64,000 nt of DNA from Eledone cirrhosa (Eukaryota). The stretch's first letter is position 1, and every line of letters starts with the position of its first letter. The DNA lies in assembly GCA_964016885.1 (NCBI GenBank), contig OZ024743.1, forward strand, positions 196,478,001 to 196,542,000, in the 5' to 3' direction. The position numbers and the translations under genes are program-made. Positions 49,201 through 63,700 of the stretch are shown in pieces. The notes under the pieces are model-generated. The model made no database searches and was not told where the DNA came from. It saw only the letters and a program-made list of their open reading frames with translations.

Positions 49201-50434
49201 GAGATGGTAGAGAATAGATATATATATATAGAGAGAGATGGTAGAGAATAGACATATATAGGGAGAGAGATGGTAGAGAATAGATATATAGAGAGAGAGA
49301 TGGTAGAGAATAGATATATATAGAGAGAGAGATGGTAGAGAATAGACATAAATATATATAGAGAGGGATGGTAGAGAATAAACATATATAGAGAGAGAGA
49401 GATGGTAGAGAATAGATATATATAGAGAGAGAGAGATGGTAGACAATAGAGATATATAGAGAGAGAGATGGTAGAGAACAGATAGATATATATAGAGAGA
49501 GAGATGGTAGAGAATAGACATATATGTAGAGAGAGAGAGATGGTAGAGAATAGATATATATATAGAGAGAGAGATGGTATAGAATAGATATATATATAGA
49601 GAGAGAGATGGTAGAGAATAGATATATATAGAGAGAGATGGTAGAGAATAGACATATATATATAGAGAGTGAGATGGTAGAGAATAGATATATATATATA
49701 GAGAGAGATGGTAGAGAATAGACATATATGTAGAGAGAGAGAGATGGTAGAGAATAGATATATATAGAGAGAGAGAGATGGTAGAGAATATATATATATA
49801 TAGAGAGAGAGAGATGGTAGAGAATAGATATATATATAGAGAGAGAGATGGTAGAGAATAGACATATATATAGAGAGAGAGATGGTAGAGAATAGATATA
49901 TATATATAGAGAGAGAGATGGTAGAGAATAGATATACATAGAGAGAGAGAGAGATGGTAGAGAATAGACATATATATAGAGAGATGGTAAAGAATAGACA
50001 TATATAAAGAGAGATGGTAGAGAATAGACATATATATAGAGAGAGATGGTAGAGAATAGACATATATAGAGAGAGATGGTAGAGAATAGATATATATATA
50101 GAGAGAGATGGTAGAGAATAGATATATATATAGAGAGAGATGGTAGAGAATAGACATATATAGAGAGAGAGATGGTTGAGAATAGATATATATAGAGAGA
50201 GAGATGGTAGAGAATAGACATATATAGAGAGAGATGGTAGAGAATAGACATATATATATAGAGAGAGAGATGGTAGAGAATAGACATATATATATAGAGA
50301 GAGAGATGGTAGAGAATAGATATATATATAGAGAGAGAGATGGTAGAGAATAGACATATATAGAGAGAGAGAGATGGTAGAGAATAGACATATATATATA
50401 GAGAGAGAGATGGTAGAGAATAGATATATATATA

Positions 50435-50813
50435 TTTCTTTTATTTGCCACTAGGGCATCAAAAGTGGGACAAGTACAAAGGGGGGAGTTTACACAAAAA
50501 GGCGTCCTCAATAAGGAGGAGGCAATAACAAAATATAAAAATAAAATAAGATATAACAAAAAATAAAATTTTTAACAAAATCCTCAATAGAGAGGAGGCG
50601 CCTTGGGGGGTCGCACACACCCCCGAAAAAAGTGTGCAACCCTTCTCCTCAGGAGCACAGAGAAGGGGTGCTCCCTTGGTCTTTCATCTTCCTCACCTAT
50701 AGTCTGATGTAGAGTGAAGGCCCATTCACACGGGCCATTCTCGCCACTTTCACCCATCTTTCATAGAAACGGCTGGGGTGCAGCACCTCTCTCTCCATCC
50801 TGATCCTTCTTCC
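50435..50813 (-). mobile_element. Copy A2 of the truncated Tx1 insertion (duplicated with the satellite block)
   Basis: Apparently identical to 45869-46247 including both junctions; offset 4566 bp. Confidence 0.9.
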
Positions 50814-53800
50814 AGATATATATAGATAGAGAGAGATGGTAGAGAATAGCCATATATAGAGAGAGAGAGATGGTAGAGAATAGACATATATAGAGAGAGA
50901 GATGGTAGAGAATAGACATATATATATAGAGAGAGAGATGGTAGAGAATAGATATATATAGATAGAGAGAGATGGTAGAGAATATATATATATATAGAGA
51001 GAGAGATGGTAGAGAATAGATATATAGAGAGAGATGGTAGAGAATAGACATATATAGAGAGAGATGGTAGAGAATAGATATATATAGATAGAGAGAGATG
51101 GTAGAGAATAGATATATATATAGAGAGAGAGATGGTAGAGAATAGACATATCTAGAGAGAGATGGTAGAGAATATACATATATATAGAGAGATGGTAGAG
51201 AATAGACATATATAGAGAGAGAGATGATAGAGAATAGATATATATAGAGAGAGATGGTAGAGAATAGACATATATATAGAGAGAGATGGTAGAGAATAGA
51301 TATAGATATATAGAGAGATGGTAGAGAATAGACATATATATAGAGAGAGATGGTAGAGAATAGATATATATATATAGAGAGAGAGATGGTAGAGAATAGA
51401 CATATATATAGAGAGAGATGGTAGAGAATAGATATATATATAGAGAGAGATGGTAGAGAATAGATATATATAGATAGAGAGAGATGGTAGAGAATAGATA
51501 TATATATAGAGAGAGATGGTAGAGAATAGACATATAGAGAGAGAGAGATGGTAGAGAATAGATATATATAGAGAGACAGATGGTAGAGAATAGACATATA
51601 TAGAGAGAGATGGTAGAGAATAGATATATATAGAGAGAGATGGTAGAGAATAGATATATATAGAGATGGTAGAGAATAGGTATATATATAGAGAGAGATG
51701 GTAGAGAATATACATATATAGAGAGAGATGGTAGAGAATAGACATATATATAGAGAGAGATGGTAGAGAATAGATATATATAGAGAGAGAGATGGTAGAG
51801 AATAGATATATATATAGAGAGAGAGAGAGATGGTAGAGAATAGTTATATATAGAGAGAGATAGTAGAGAATAGACATATCTAGGGAGAGATGGTAGAGAA
51901 TAGACATATCTAGAGAGAGATTGTAGAGAATAGATATATATAGAGAGAGAGATGGTAGAGAATAGATATATATAGAGAGAGAAAAATGGTAGAGAATAGA
52001 CATATATATATATAGAGAGAGATGGTAGAGAATAGATATATAAAGAGAGAGAGAGATGGTAGAGAATAGACATATATATAGAGAGATGGTAGAGAATAGA
52101 CATATATATAGAGAGATGGTAGGGAATAGGTATATATAGGGAGAGAGATGGTAGAGAATAGATATATATATATAGAGAGAGAGATGGTAGAGAATAGATT
52201 TATATATAGAGAGAGAGATGGTAGACAATAGATATATATAGAGAGAGATGGTAGAGAATAGACATATATATATAGAGAGAGATGGTAGAGAATAGATACA
52301 GAGAGAGATGGTAGAGAATCGACATATAGAGAAAGAGATGGTAGAGAATAGATACCGAGAGAGATGGTAGAGAATCGACTTATATATAGAGAGAGAGATG
52401 GTAGAGAATAGATATATATATAGAGAGAGAGATGGTAGACAATAGATATATATAGAGAGAGATGGTAGAGAATAGATACAGAGAGAGATGGTAGAGAATC
52501 GACATATAGAGAAAGAGATGGTAGAGAATAGATACAGAGAGAGATGGTAGAGAATCGACTTATATATAGAGAGAGAGATGGTAGAGAATAGATATATATA
52601 TAGAGAGAGAGATGGTAGAGAATAGACCTATATAGAGAGAGATGGTAGAGAATAGACATATATATAGAGAGATGGTAGAGAATAGATATAGATATATAGA
52701 GAGATGGTAGAGAATAGACATATATATAGAGAGAGATGGTAGAGAATAGATATATATATAGAGAGAGAGAGATGGTAGAGAATAGACATATATATAGAGA
52801 GAGATGGTAGAGAATAGATATATATATAGAGAGAGATGGTAGAGAATAGATATATATAGATAGAGAGAGATGGTAGAGAATAAACATATATATAGAGAGA
52901 TGGTAGAGAATAGATATATATAGAGAGAGATGGTAGAGAATAGACATATCGAGAGAGAGAGATGGTAGAGAATAGATATATATAGAGAGACAGATGGTAG
53001 AGAATAGACATATATAGAGAGAGAGATGGTAGAGAATAGATATATATAGAGATGGTAGAGAATAGGTATATATATACAGAGAGATGGTAGAGAATATACA
53101 TATATAGAGAGAGATGGTAGAGAATAGACATATATATAGAGAGAGATGGTAGAGAATAGATATATATAGAGAGAGAGATGGTAGAGAATAGATATATATA
53201 TATAGAGAGAGAGATGGTAGAGAATAGTTATATATAGAGAGAGATGGTAGAGAATAGACATATCTAGAGAGAGATGGTAGAGAATAGACATATCTAGAGA
53301 GAGATGGTAGAGAATAGATATATATAGAGAGAGAGATGGTAGAGAATAGATATATATAGAGAGAGAAAAATGGTAGAGAATAGACATATATATATAGAGA
53401 GAGAGATGGTAGAGAATAGACATATATAGAGAGAGATGATAGAGAATAGATATATATAGAGAGAGATGGTAGAGAATAGATATATATAGAGATGGTAGAG
53501 AATAGGTATATATATAGAGAGAGATGGTAGAGAATAGACATATATATAGAGAGAGATGGTTGAGAATAGATATATATAGAGAGAGATGGTAGAGAATAGA
53601 CATATATAGAGAGAGAGATGGTAGAGAATAGATATATAGAGAGAGAGATGGTAGAGAATAGATATATATAGAGAGAGAGATGGTTGAGAATAGATATATA
53701 TAGAGAGAGATGGTAGAGAATAGACATATATAGAGAGAGATGGTAGAGAATAGATATATATATATAGAGAGAGATGGTAGAGAATAGACATATATAGGGA

Positions 53801-56800
53801 GAGAGATGGTAGAGAATAGATATATAGAGAGAGAGATGGTAGAGAATAGATATATATAGAGAGAGAGATGGTAGAGAATAGACATAAATATATATAGAGA
53901 GGGATGGTAGAGAATAAACATATATAGAGAGAGAGAGATGGTAGAGAATAGATATATATAGAGAGAGAGAGATGGTAGACAATAGAGATATATAGAGAGA
54001 GAGATGGTAGAGAACAGATAGATATATATAGAGAGAGAGATGGTAGAGAATAGACATATATGTAGAGAGAGAGAGATGGTAGAGAATAGATATATATATA
54101 GAGAGAGAGATGGTATAGAATAGATATATATATAGAGAGAGAGATGGTAGAGAATAGATATATATAGAGAGAGATGGTAGAGAATAGACATATATATATA
54201 GAGAGTGAGATGGTAGAGAATAGATATATATATATAGAGAGAGATGGTAGAGAATAGACATATATGTAGAGAGAGAGAGATGGTAGAGAATAGATATATA
54301 TAGAGAGAGAGAGATGGTAGAGAATAGACATATATATAGAGAGAGAGATGGTAGAGAATAGATATATATATATAGAGAGAGAGATGGTAGAGAATAGATA
54401 TACATAGAGAGAGAGAGAGATGGTAGAGAATAGACATATATATAGAGAGATGGTAAAGAATAGACATATATAAAGAGAGATGGTAGAGAATAGACATATA
54501 TATAGAGAGAGATGGTAGAGAATAGACATATATAGAGAGAGATGGTAGAGAATAGATATATATATAGAGAGAGATGGTAGAGAATAGATATATATATAGA
54601 GAGAGATGGTAGAGAATAGACATATATAGAGAGAGAGATGGTTGAGAATAGATATATATAGAGAGAGAGATGGTAGAGAATAGACATATATAGAGAGAGA
54701 TGGTAGAGAATAGACATATATATAGAGAGAGAGAGATGGTAGAAAATATATATATATATAGAGGGAGAGATGGTAGAGAATAGACATATATATAGAGAAA
54801 GATGGTTGAGAAGAGACATATATATAGAGAGAGAGATGGTAGAGAATGGACATATATAGAGAGAGAGATGGTAGAGAATAGACATATATATAGAGAGAGA
54901 TGGTAGAGAATAGATATATATAGAGAGATGGTAGAGAATAGACATATATATATAGAGAGAGAGATGGTAGAGAATAGACATATATAGAGAGAGATGGTAG
55001 AGAATAGACATATATAGAGAGAGATGGTAGAGAATAGATATATATATAGAGAGAGAGATGGTAGAGAATAGATATTTATAGAGAGAGAGAGATGCTAGAG
55101 AATAGATATATATATATAGAGAGAGATGGTAGAGAATAGACATATATAGAGAGAGAGATGGTAGAGAATAGATATATATAGAGATGGTAAGAATAGGTAT
55201 ATATATAGAGAGAGATGCTAGAGAATAGACATATATAGAGAGAGAGATGGTTGAGAATAGACATATATAGAGAGATGGTAGAGAATAGATATATATATAT
55301 AGAGAGAGAGATGGTAGAGAATAGACATATATATAGAGAGAGATGGTAGAGAATAGATATATATATAGAGAGAGATGGTAGAGAATAGATATATATAGAG
55401 AGATGGTAGAGAATAGACATATATAGAGTGAGAGATGGTTGAGAATAGATATATATAAAGAGAGTTGGTAGAGAATAGACATATATATATAGAGAGAGAG
55501 ATGGTAGAGGATAGACATATATATATAGAGAGAGAGATGGTAGAGAATAGATATATATAGAGAGAGAGAAGGTAGAGAATAGATATATATAGAGAGATGG
55601 TAGAGAATAGATATATATATAGAGAGAGAGAGATGGTAGAGAATAGATATATACAGAGAGAGAGATGGTAGAGAATAGAAATATATAGAGAGAGAGATGG
55701 TAGAGAATAGAAATATATAGAGAGAGAGATGGTAGAGAATAGACATATATAGAGAGAGATGGTAGAGTATAGATATATATAGATAGAGAGAGATGGTAGA
55801 GAATAGCCATATATAGAGAGAGAGAGATGGTAGAGAATAGACATATATAGAGAGAGAGATGGTAGAGAATAGACATATATATAGAGAGAGAGAGATGGTA
55901 GAGAATAGATATATATAGATAGAGAGAGATGGTAGAGAATAGATATATATATATAGAGAGAGATGGTAGAGAATAGATATATATAGAGAGAGATGGTAGA
56001 GAATAGACATATATAGAGAGAGATGGTAGAGAATAGATATATATAGATAGAGAGAGATGGTAGAGAATAGATATATATATAGAGAGAGAGATGGTAGAGA
56101 ATAGACATATCTAGAGAGAGATGGTAGAGAATATACATATATATAGAGAGATGGTAGAGAATAGACATATATAGAGAGAGAGATGATAGAGAATAGATAT
56201 ATATAGAGAGAGATGGTAGAGAATAGACATATATATAGAGAGAGATGGTAGAGAATAGATATAGATATATAGAGAGATGGTAGAGAATAGACATATATAT
56301 AGAGAGAGATGGTAGAGAATAGATATATATATATAGAGAGAGAGATGGTAGAGAATAGACATATATATAGAGAGAGATGGTAGAGAATAGATATATATAT
56401 AGAGAGAGATGGTAGAGAATAGATATATATAGATACAGAGAGATGGTAGAGAATAGATATATATATAGAGAGAGATGGTAGAGAATAGACATATAGAGAG
56501 AGAGAGATGGTAGAGAATAGATATATATAGAGAGACAGATGGTAGAGAATAGACATATATAGAGAGAGATGGTAGAGAATAGATATATATAGAGAGAGAT
56601 GGTAGAGAATAGATATATATAGAGATGGTAGAGAATAGGTATATATATAGAGAGAGATGGTAGAGAATATACATATATAGAGAGAGATGGTAGAGAATAG
56701 ACATATATATAGAGAGAGATGGTAGAGAATAGACATATATATAGAGAGAGATGGTAGAGAATAGATATATATAGAGAGAGAGATGGTAGAGAATAGATAT

Positions 56801-58147
56801 ATATATATATAGAGAGAGAGATGGTAGAGAATAGTTATATATAGAGAGAGATAGTAGAGAATAGACATATCTAGGGAGAGATGGTAGAGAATAGACATAT
56901 CTAGAGAGAGATGGTAGAGAATAGACATATCTAGAGAGATTGTAGAGAATAGATATATATAGAGAGAGAGATGGTAGAGAATAGATATATATAGAGAGAG
57001 AAAAATGGTAGAGAATAGACATATATATATATAGAGAGAGATGGTAGAGAATAGATATATAAAGAGAGAGAGAGATGGTAGAGAATAGACATATATATAG
57101 AGAGATGGTAGAGAATAGACATATATATAGAGAGATGGTAGGGAATAGGTATATATAGGGAGAGAGATGGTAGAGAATAGATATATATATATAGAGAGAG
57201 AGAGATGGTAGAGAATAGATTTATATATAGAGAGAGAGAGATGGTAGAGAATAGATTTATATATAGAGAGAGAGATGGTAGACAATAGATATATATAGAG
57301 AGAGATGGTAGAGAATAGACATATATATATAGAGAGAGATGGTAGAGAATAGATACAGAGAGAGATGGTAGAGAATCGACATATAGAGAAAGAGATGGTA
57401 GAGAATAGATACCGAGAGAGATGGTAGAGAATCGACATATATATAGAGAGAGAGATGGTAGAGAATAGATATATATATATATAGAGAGAGAGATGGTAGA
57501 GAATAGATATATATAGAGAGAGAGATGGTAGAGAATAGATATATATATATAGAGAGAGATGGTAGAGAATAGATACAGAGAGAGATGGTAGAGAATCGAC
57601 ATATATATAGCGAGAGAGATGGTAGAGAATAGATATATATATATAGAGAGAGATGGTAGAGAATAGATATATATAGAGAGAGATGGTAGAGAATAGATAT
57701 ATATAGAGAGAGATGGTAGAGAATTGATATATATAGAGATGGTAGAGAATAGGTATATATATAGAGAGAGATGGTAGAGAATAGACATATATAGAGAGAG
57801 AGATGGTTGAGAATAGATATATATAGAGAGATGGTAGAGAATAGACATATATAGAGTGAGATGGTAGAGAATAGACATATATATAGAGAGAGATGGTAGA
57901 GAATAGATATATATATAGAGAGAGAGATGGTAGAGAATAGACATATATAGAGAGAGAGAGAGATGGTAGAGAATAGACATATATAGAGAGAGAGATGGTA
58001 GAGAATAGACATATATAGAGAGAGATGGTAGAGAATAGACATATATATAGAGAGAGAGAGATGGTAGAGAATAGATGTATATAGAGAGAGAGAGATGGTA
58101 GAGAATAGATATATATATAGAGAGAGAGATGGTAGAGAATAGATATG

Positions 58148-60734
58148 TTTCTTTTATTTGCCACCAGGGCATCAAAAGTGGAACAAGTACAATAGGGGGA
58201 GTTTACAAAACAAGGCGTCCTCAATAAGGAGGAGGCAATAACAAAATATAAAAATAAAATAAAATATAACAGAATAAAATTTCTAATAGAGAGGGGGGCA
58301 CACACCCCCGAAAAAAAGTGTGCAACCCTTTTCCACAGGAGCACAGAGAAGGGGTGCTCCCTTGGTCTTTCATCTTCCTCACCTATAGTCTGATGTAGAG
58401 TGAAGGCCCATTCACACGGACCATTCTCGCCACTTTCACACATCTTTCATAAAAACGGCTGGGGTGCAGCACCTCTCTCTCCATCCTGATCCTTCTTCCG
58501 AAATGATATCGGAAGAAACGGACCAGTTGTTGGCCAGAGAGAAAAGTGTCTGACCTCAGTCCTTTCAGACGCGTCCACCATACAACCTCTTTCGCCATGG
58601 CTATTACGCACAGAAATACAGCCTCTCCTTCGTTTTTGAAGAGGGGAGGCGGCTTGATCGTTACAATAGACTTGGGGGTCAACCGGATCGGTCCCACCCT
58701 TGACAGCAGTTGTTTGAGATAGCCCCACAGATCGGCAATGCCCGAGCAGTGTACCAATGCATGTGCAACGGTTTCCTCGTCGCACACGCATCTTGGACAG
58801 ATCTTTTTCGAGGGGTCCCTACCAGGGCGCCCGTGTCTGTAGACCCTTTCTCGAACGGGCAGAGCCCTTCTGTTGCATTGCCAGGCCAGGGACCTCTGGA
58901 AGTTATCCATGGGTCCCGGGCTGAATGTCCTACCGAACAGGTTGGCCAGTTCGTCTTCCTCCATGCCTAGGGCTTCTCCAAGGGCGTCGTCGCACCTGCT
59001 AACCACCAGCCCTCTATAGAATGACGAGGTGGATTCTCCACCGACAGCCGGGTCCGCCTGCCAGAGAGCCGTGAGCGCCTGGGCACACTCGGTGTGCCAG
59101 GCGCCCAGTTTTTTTGGTCTTTGCTTGACCCAGGATTGCAGCTCGGTGAGTGAGACGAGTCTGGGAAAGGCTCGCCTCACAAACGGGGCCCACACCGGTT
59201 GACCGGAGAGGAATACCTGAAGGTGCCGTAGCTTTAATGCGTGTTTACGTATCATTAGCCACGGCATCCCCAGCTCTCCTTTCAAAGGGTGTTGACAGCA
59301 GATGGATCTCCTCACCATAGGAGCCCGCTTCTTCCAAAGGAATTGGAAGAGTGCGCGCTCCATTTTGGCGAGCGTTTCCCTTGGGCAAGGCATAACGCTC
59401 AGGCGGTAGTAGATGACGGACGCTATATAAGTGTTCGCCACCTCCGCCCGACCTTTCAGGGACAGTTTGCACTCGGCCCACTTCTGGGTCAGTGCAAACA
59501 CCCTGTTCGTTACCTCACCCTAGTTCTTCTCCACCTGGAGGTCTGGTCCGAACCAAACGCCGAGCAACTTCACCGGGCCCTCCGTCCAGCGCCCGACGAC
59601 GCCATCGGAGGGCATCGATCTGCCCCTCCACGTGCCGAGTTACAGACCAATCGACTTGTCCCGGTTCAGCTTAGCTCCTGTAAACCTTTCGTACTCCTCC
59701 AGTAAGGTGCCGATCGCCCCGATTTCCGAGGCCGCGACACCATTACTGTTACGTCATCGGCGTAGGCTGACACTGCTTTCCGCAATCCCGGTTCCAACAG
59801 GATGCCCTGCAACAACTCCAACTTCCGCAGCAGTGGCTCTAGAGTCATTACATACAGAAGGGAAGAGAGAGGGCACCCCTGTCGGATGGACCGCGCGATT
59901 TTGAACGGCTCCGAGAGGTAGCCGTTCACCTTGACCCTAGAGCAGATGCGGCTGCTGTGCATAGCAGTGATCGAGCCCTATCGAATGCTTTAGATTGATC
60001 CAAGTTGATCAGGGCCCCACCAAAGCCGGGTTCGTTCCCAACCCTCTCTATGATGTATCGCATGAGGTGGAGGTTGTCGTGGATGGACCTGGACGGGATA
60101 GCACATGTCTGCGCATCTCCCACCAGGTTGCCCACGATAAGCGCCAACCTCTTTGCTAGCACCTTGGCCAAAATCTGTATTTAGCAGAGTTATGGGCCTG
60201 AAATTATTTATATCGTCCCCATTGTTCTCGTCCTTCCTCACTAGCGTGACTACGCCCTTGGTCACAGCACAGGAAATTCTCCCGTTCTGTTGCCAGTTGC
60301 AGTAGACCGCCTCGAGAAGATCGGGGAACAAGTCTGGCAGGGCTAGATATAGTTCGTATGGAAGACCATCGAGACCCGGGGATTTGCATTTGCCGCATTG
60401 GCTCAGCACGTCCTCTATCTCAGCGGCTGAAATCGGCTCCTTGCAAGACTTCGCCTCCCTGTCCGAGAGACGCGGCAGGCCGTCGATGTATGGACCGAAA
60501 TCCACATCCCCAACCGGCCCCCCGCCCCTTCCGAACAATCCGGCAAAGTGCATTTGAAAAGCCTCGCACATCTGCTTAGGTTCAAGGATCACCCGTCCAT
60601 CCTGGTCTCGCAAATACCTGATAGCGGATCTGCTCCCTCTTTTGGCTTCTGTCACGCGGGCCCAGCTCACAGCTTTGGTCCCCTCGTTTCCCAGAGCACG
60701 TATTTTGCTTCGGCTGATGCAGCCTTCGTGTTTC
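58148..60734 (-). mobile_element. 5'-truncated Tx1/L1-clade LINE (2.6 kb)
   Basis: GC-rich island in the satellite encoding RT and a C-terminal Zn finger; 3' end …GTGGCAAATAAAAGAAA. Confidence 0.93.
58383..60734 (-). pseudogene. Tx1-like ORF2 (RT + CCHC finger), frameshifted, endonuclease missing
   Basis: KSPGLDGLPYE, NFRPITLLNTD, LDQSKAFDR, IRQGCPLS, AYADD, LSLKGRA, CPRC…ETVAHALVHC, spread over several frames; small deletions near 60175 and 59975. Confidence 0.9.
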
Positions 60735-63700
60735 ATATATAGAGAGAGATGGTAGAGAATAGACAGATATATATAGAGAGAGAGATGGTGGAGAATAGAC
60801 ATATCTAGAGAGAGATGGTAGAGAATAGACATATATATAGAGAGATGGTAGAGAATAGACAGATATAGAGAGAGAGAGAGAGATGGTAGAGAATAGACAT
60901 ATCTAGAGAGAGATGGTAGAGAGTAGACATATATATAAAGAGATGGTAGAGAATAGACATATATATAGAGAGAGATGGTAGAGAATAGATATATATATAG
61001 AGAGATATGGTAGAGAATAGATAAAGAGAGAGATGGTAGAGAATAGACATATATAGAGAGAGAGATGGTAGAGAATAGATATATATAGAGAGAGATATGG
61101 TAGAGAATAGATAAAGAGAGAGATGGTAGAGAATAGACATATATATAGAGATGGTAGAGAATAGGTATATATATAGAGAGAGATGGTAGAGAATAGACAT
61201 ATATAGAGAGAGAGATGGTTGAGAATAGATATATATAGAGAGAGATGGTAGAGAATAGACATATATAGAGAGAGATGGTTGAGAATAGATATATATATAG
61301 AGAGAGAGAGATGGTTGAGAATAGATATATATATATAGAGAGAGAGATGGTAGAGAAGAGACATATAGAGAGAGAGAGATGGTAGAGAAGAGACATATAT
61401 AGAGAAAGAGAGATGGTAGAGAATAGATATATATATATAGAGAGAGAGATGGTAGAGAATAGATATATATAGAGAGAGATGGTAGAGAATAGATATATAT
61501 AGAGAGAGATGGTAGAGAATAGACCTATATAGAGAGAGATGGTAGAGAATAGACATATCTAGAGAGAGATGGTAGAGAATAGACATATATAGAGAGAGAT
61601 GGTAGAGAATAGACATATATAGAGAGAGATGGTAGAGAATAGACATATATAGAGAGAGATGGTAGAGAATAGATATATATAGAGAGAGATGGTAGAGAAT
61701 AGACATTTATAGAGAGAGATGGTAGAGAATAGACATATATAGAGAGAGAGAGATGGTAGAGAATAGATATATATATAGAGAGAGATGGTAGAGAATAGAC
61801 ATATATAGAGAGAGAGATGGTAGAGAATAGACATATATAGAGAGAGATGGTAGAGAATAGACATATATAGAGAGAGATGGTAGAGAATAGACATATATAT
61901 ATAGAGAGAGATGGTAGAGAATAGACATATATATATAGAGAGAGATGGTAGAGAATATACATATATATATAGAGAGAGAGATGGTAGAGAATAGATATAT
62001 ATAGAGAGAGATGGTAGAGAATAGATATATATAGAGAGAGATAGTAGAGAATAGATATATATAGAGAGATGGTAGATAATAGATATATATAGAGAGAGAT
62101 GGTAGAGAATAGATATATATAGAGATGGTAGAGAATAGGTATATATATAGAGAGAGATGGTAGAGAATAGGTATATATAGAGAGAGAGATGGTAGAGAAT
62201 AGACATATATATAGAGAGATATGGTAGAGAATAGATAAAGAGAGAGATGGTAGAGAATAGACATATATATAGAGAGAGAGATGGTAGAGAATAGATATAT
62301 ATAGAGATGGTAGAGAATAGGTATATATATAGAGAGAGATGGTAGAGAATAGACATATATAGAGAGAGAGATGGTTGAGAATAGATATATATAGAGAGAG
62401 ATGGTAGAGAATAGACATATATAGAGAGAGATGGTAGAGAATAGACATATATAGAGAGAGAGATGGTTGAGAATAGATATATATATAGAGAGAGAGAGAT
62501 GGTAGAGAAGAGACATATAGAGAGAGAGAGATGGTAGAGAAGAGACATATATAGAGAAAGAGAGATGGTAGAGAATAGATATATATATAGAGAGAGAGAT
62601 GGTAGAGAATAGATATATATAGAGAGAGATGGTAGAGAATAGATATATATAGAGAGAGATGGTAGAGAATAGACCTATATAGAGAGAGATGGTAGAGAAT
62701 AGACATATCTAGAGAGAGATGGTAGAGAATAGACATATATAGAGAGAGATGGTAGAGAATAGACATATATAGAGAGAGATGGTAGAGAATAGATATATAT
62801 AGAGAGAGATGGTAGAGAATAGACATATATAGAGAGAGATGGTAGAGAATAGACATTTATAGAGAGAGATGGTAGAGAATAGACATATATAGAGAGAGAG
62901 AGATGGTAGAGAATAGATATATATATAGAGAGAGATGGTAGAGAATAGACATATATAGAGAGAGAGATGGTAGAGAATAGACATATATAGAGAGAGATGG
63001 TAGAGAATAGACATATATAGAGAGAGATGGTAGAGAATAGACATATATATATAGAGAGAGATGGTAGAGAATAGACATATATATATAGAGAGAGATGGTA
63101 GAGAATATACATATATATATAGAGAGAGAGATGGTAGAGAATAGATATATATAGAGAGAGATGGTAGAGAATAGATATATATAGAGAGAGATAGTAGAGA
63201 ATAGATATATATAGAGAGATGGTAGATAATAGATATATATAGAGAGAGATGGTAGAGAATAGATATATATAGAGATGGTAGAGAATAGGTATATATATAG
63301 AGAGAGATGGTAGAGAATAGGTATATATATAGAGAGAGATGGTAGAGAATAGACATATATATAGAGAGAGATGGTAGAGAATAGATATATATAGAGAGAT
63401 GGTAGAGAATAGACATATATAGAGAGAGATGGTAGAGAATAGATATATATATATATAGAGAGAGATGGTAGAGAATAGATATATATAGAGAGAGATGGTA
63501 GAGAATAGACATATATATATAGAGAGAGAGAGATGGTAGAGAATAGATATATAGAGAGAGAGATGGTAGAGAATAGATATATATATATAGAGAGAGAGAT
63601 GGTAGAGAATAGATATATATAGAGAGAGATGGTAGAGAATAGATATATATATATATAGAGAGAGATGGTAGAGAATAGATATATAGAGTGAGAGATGGTA

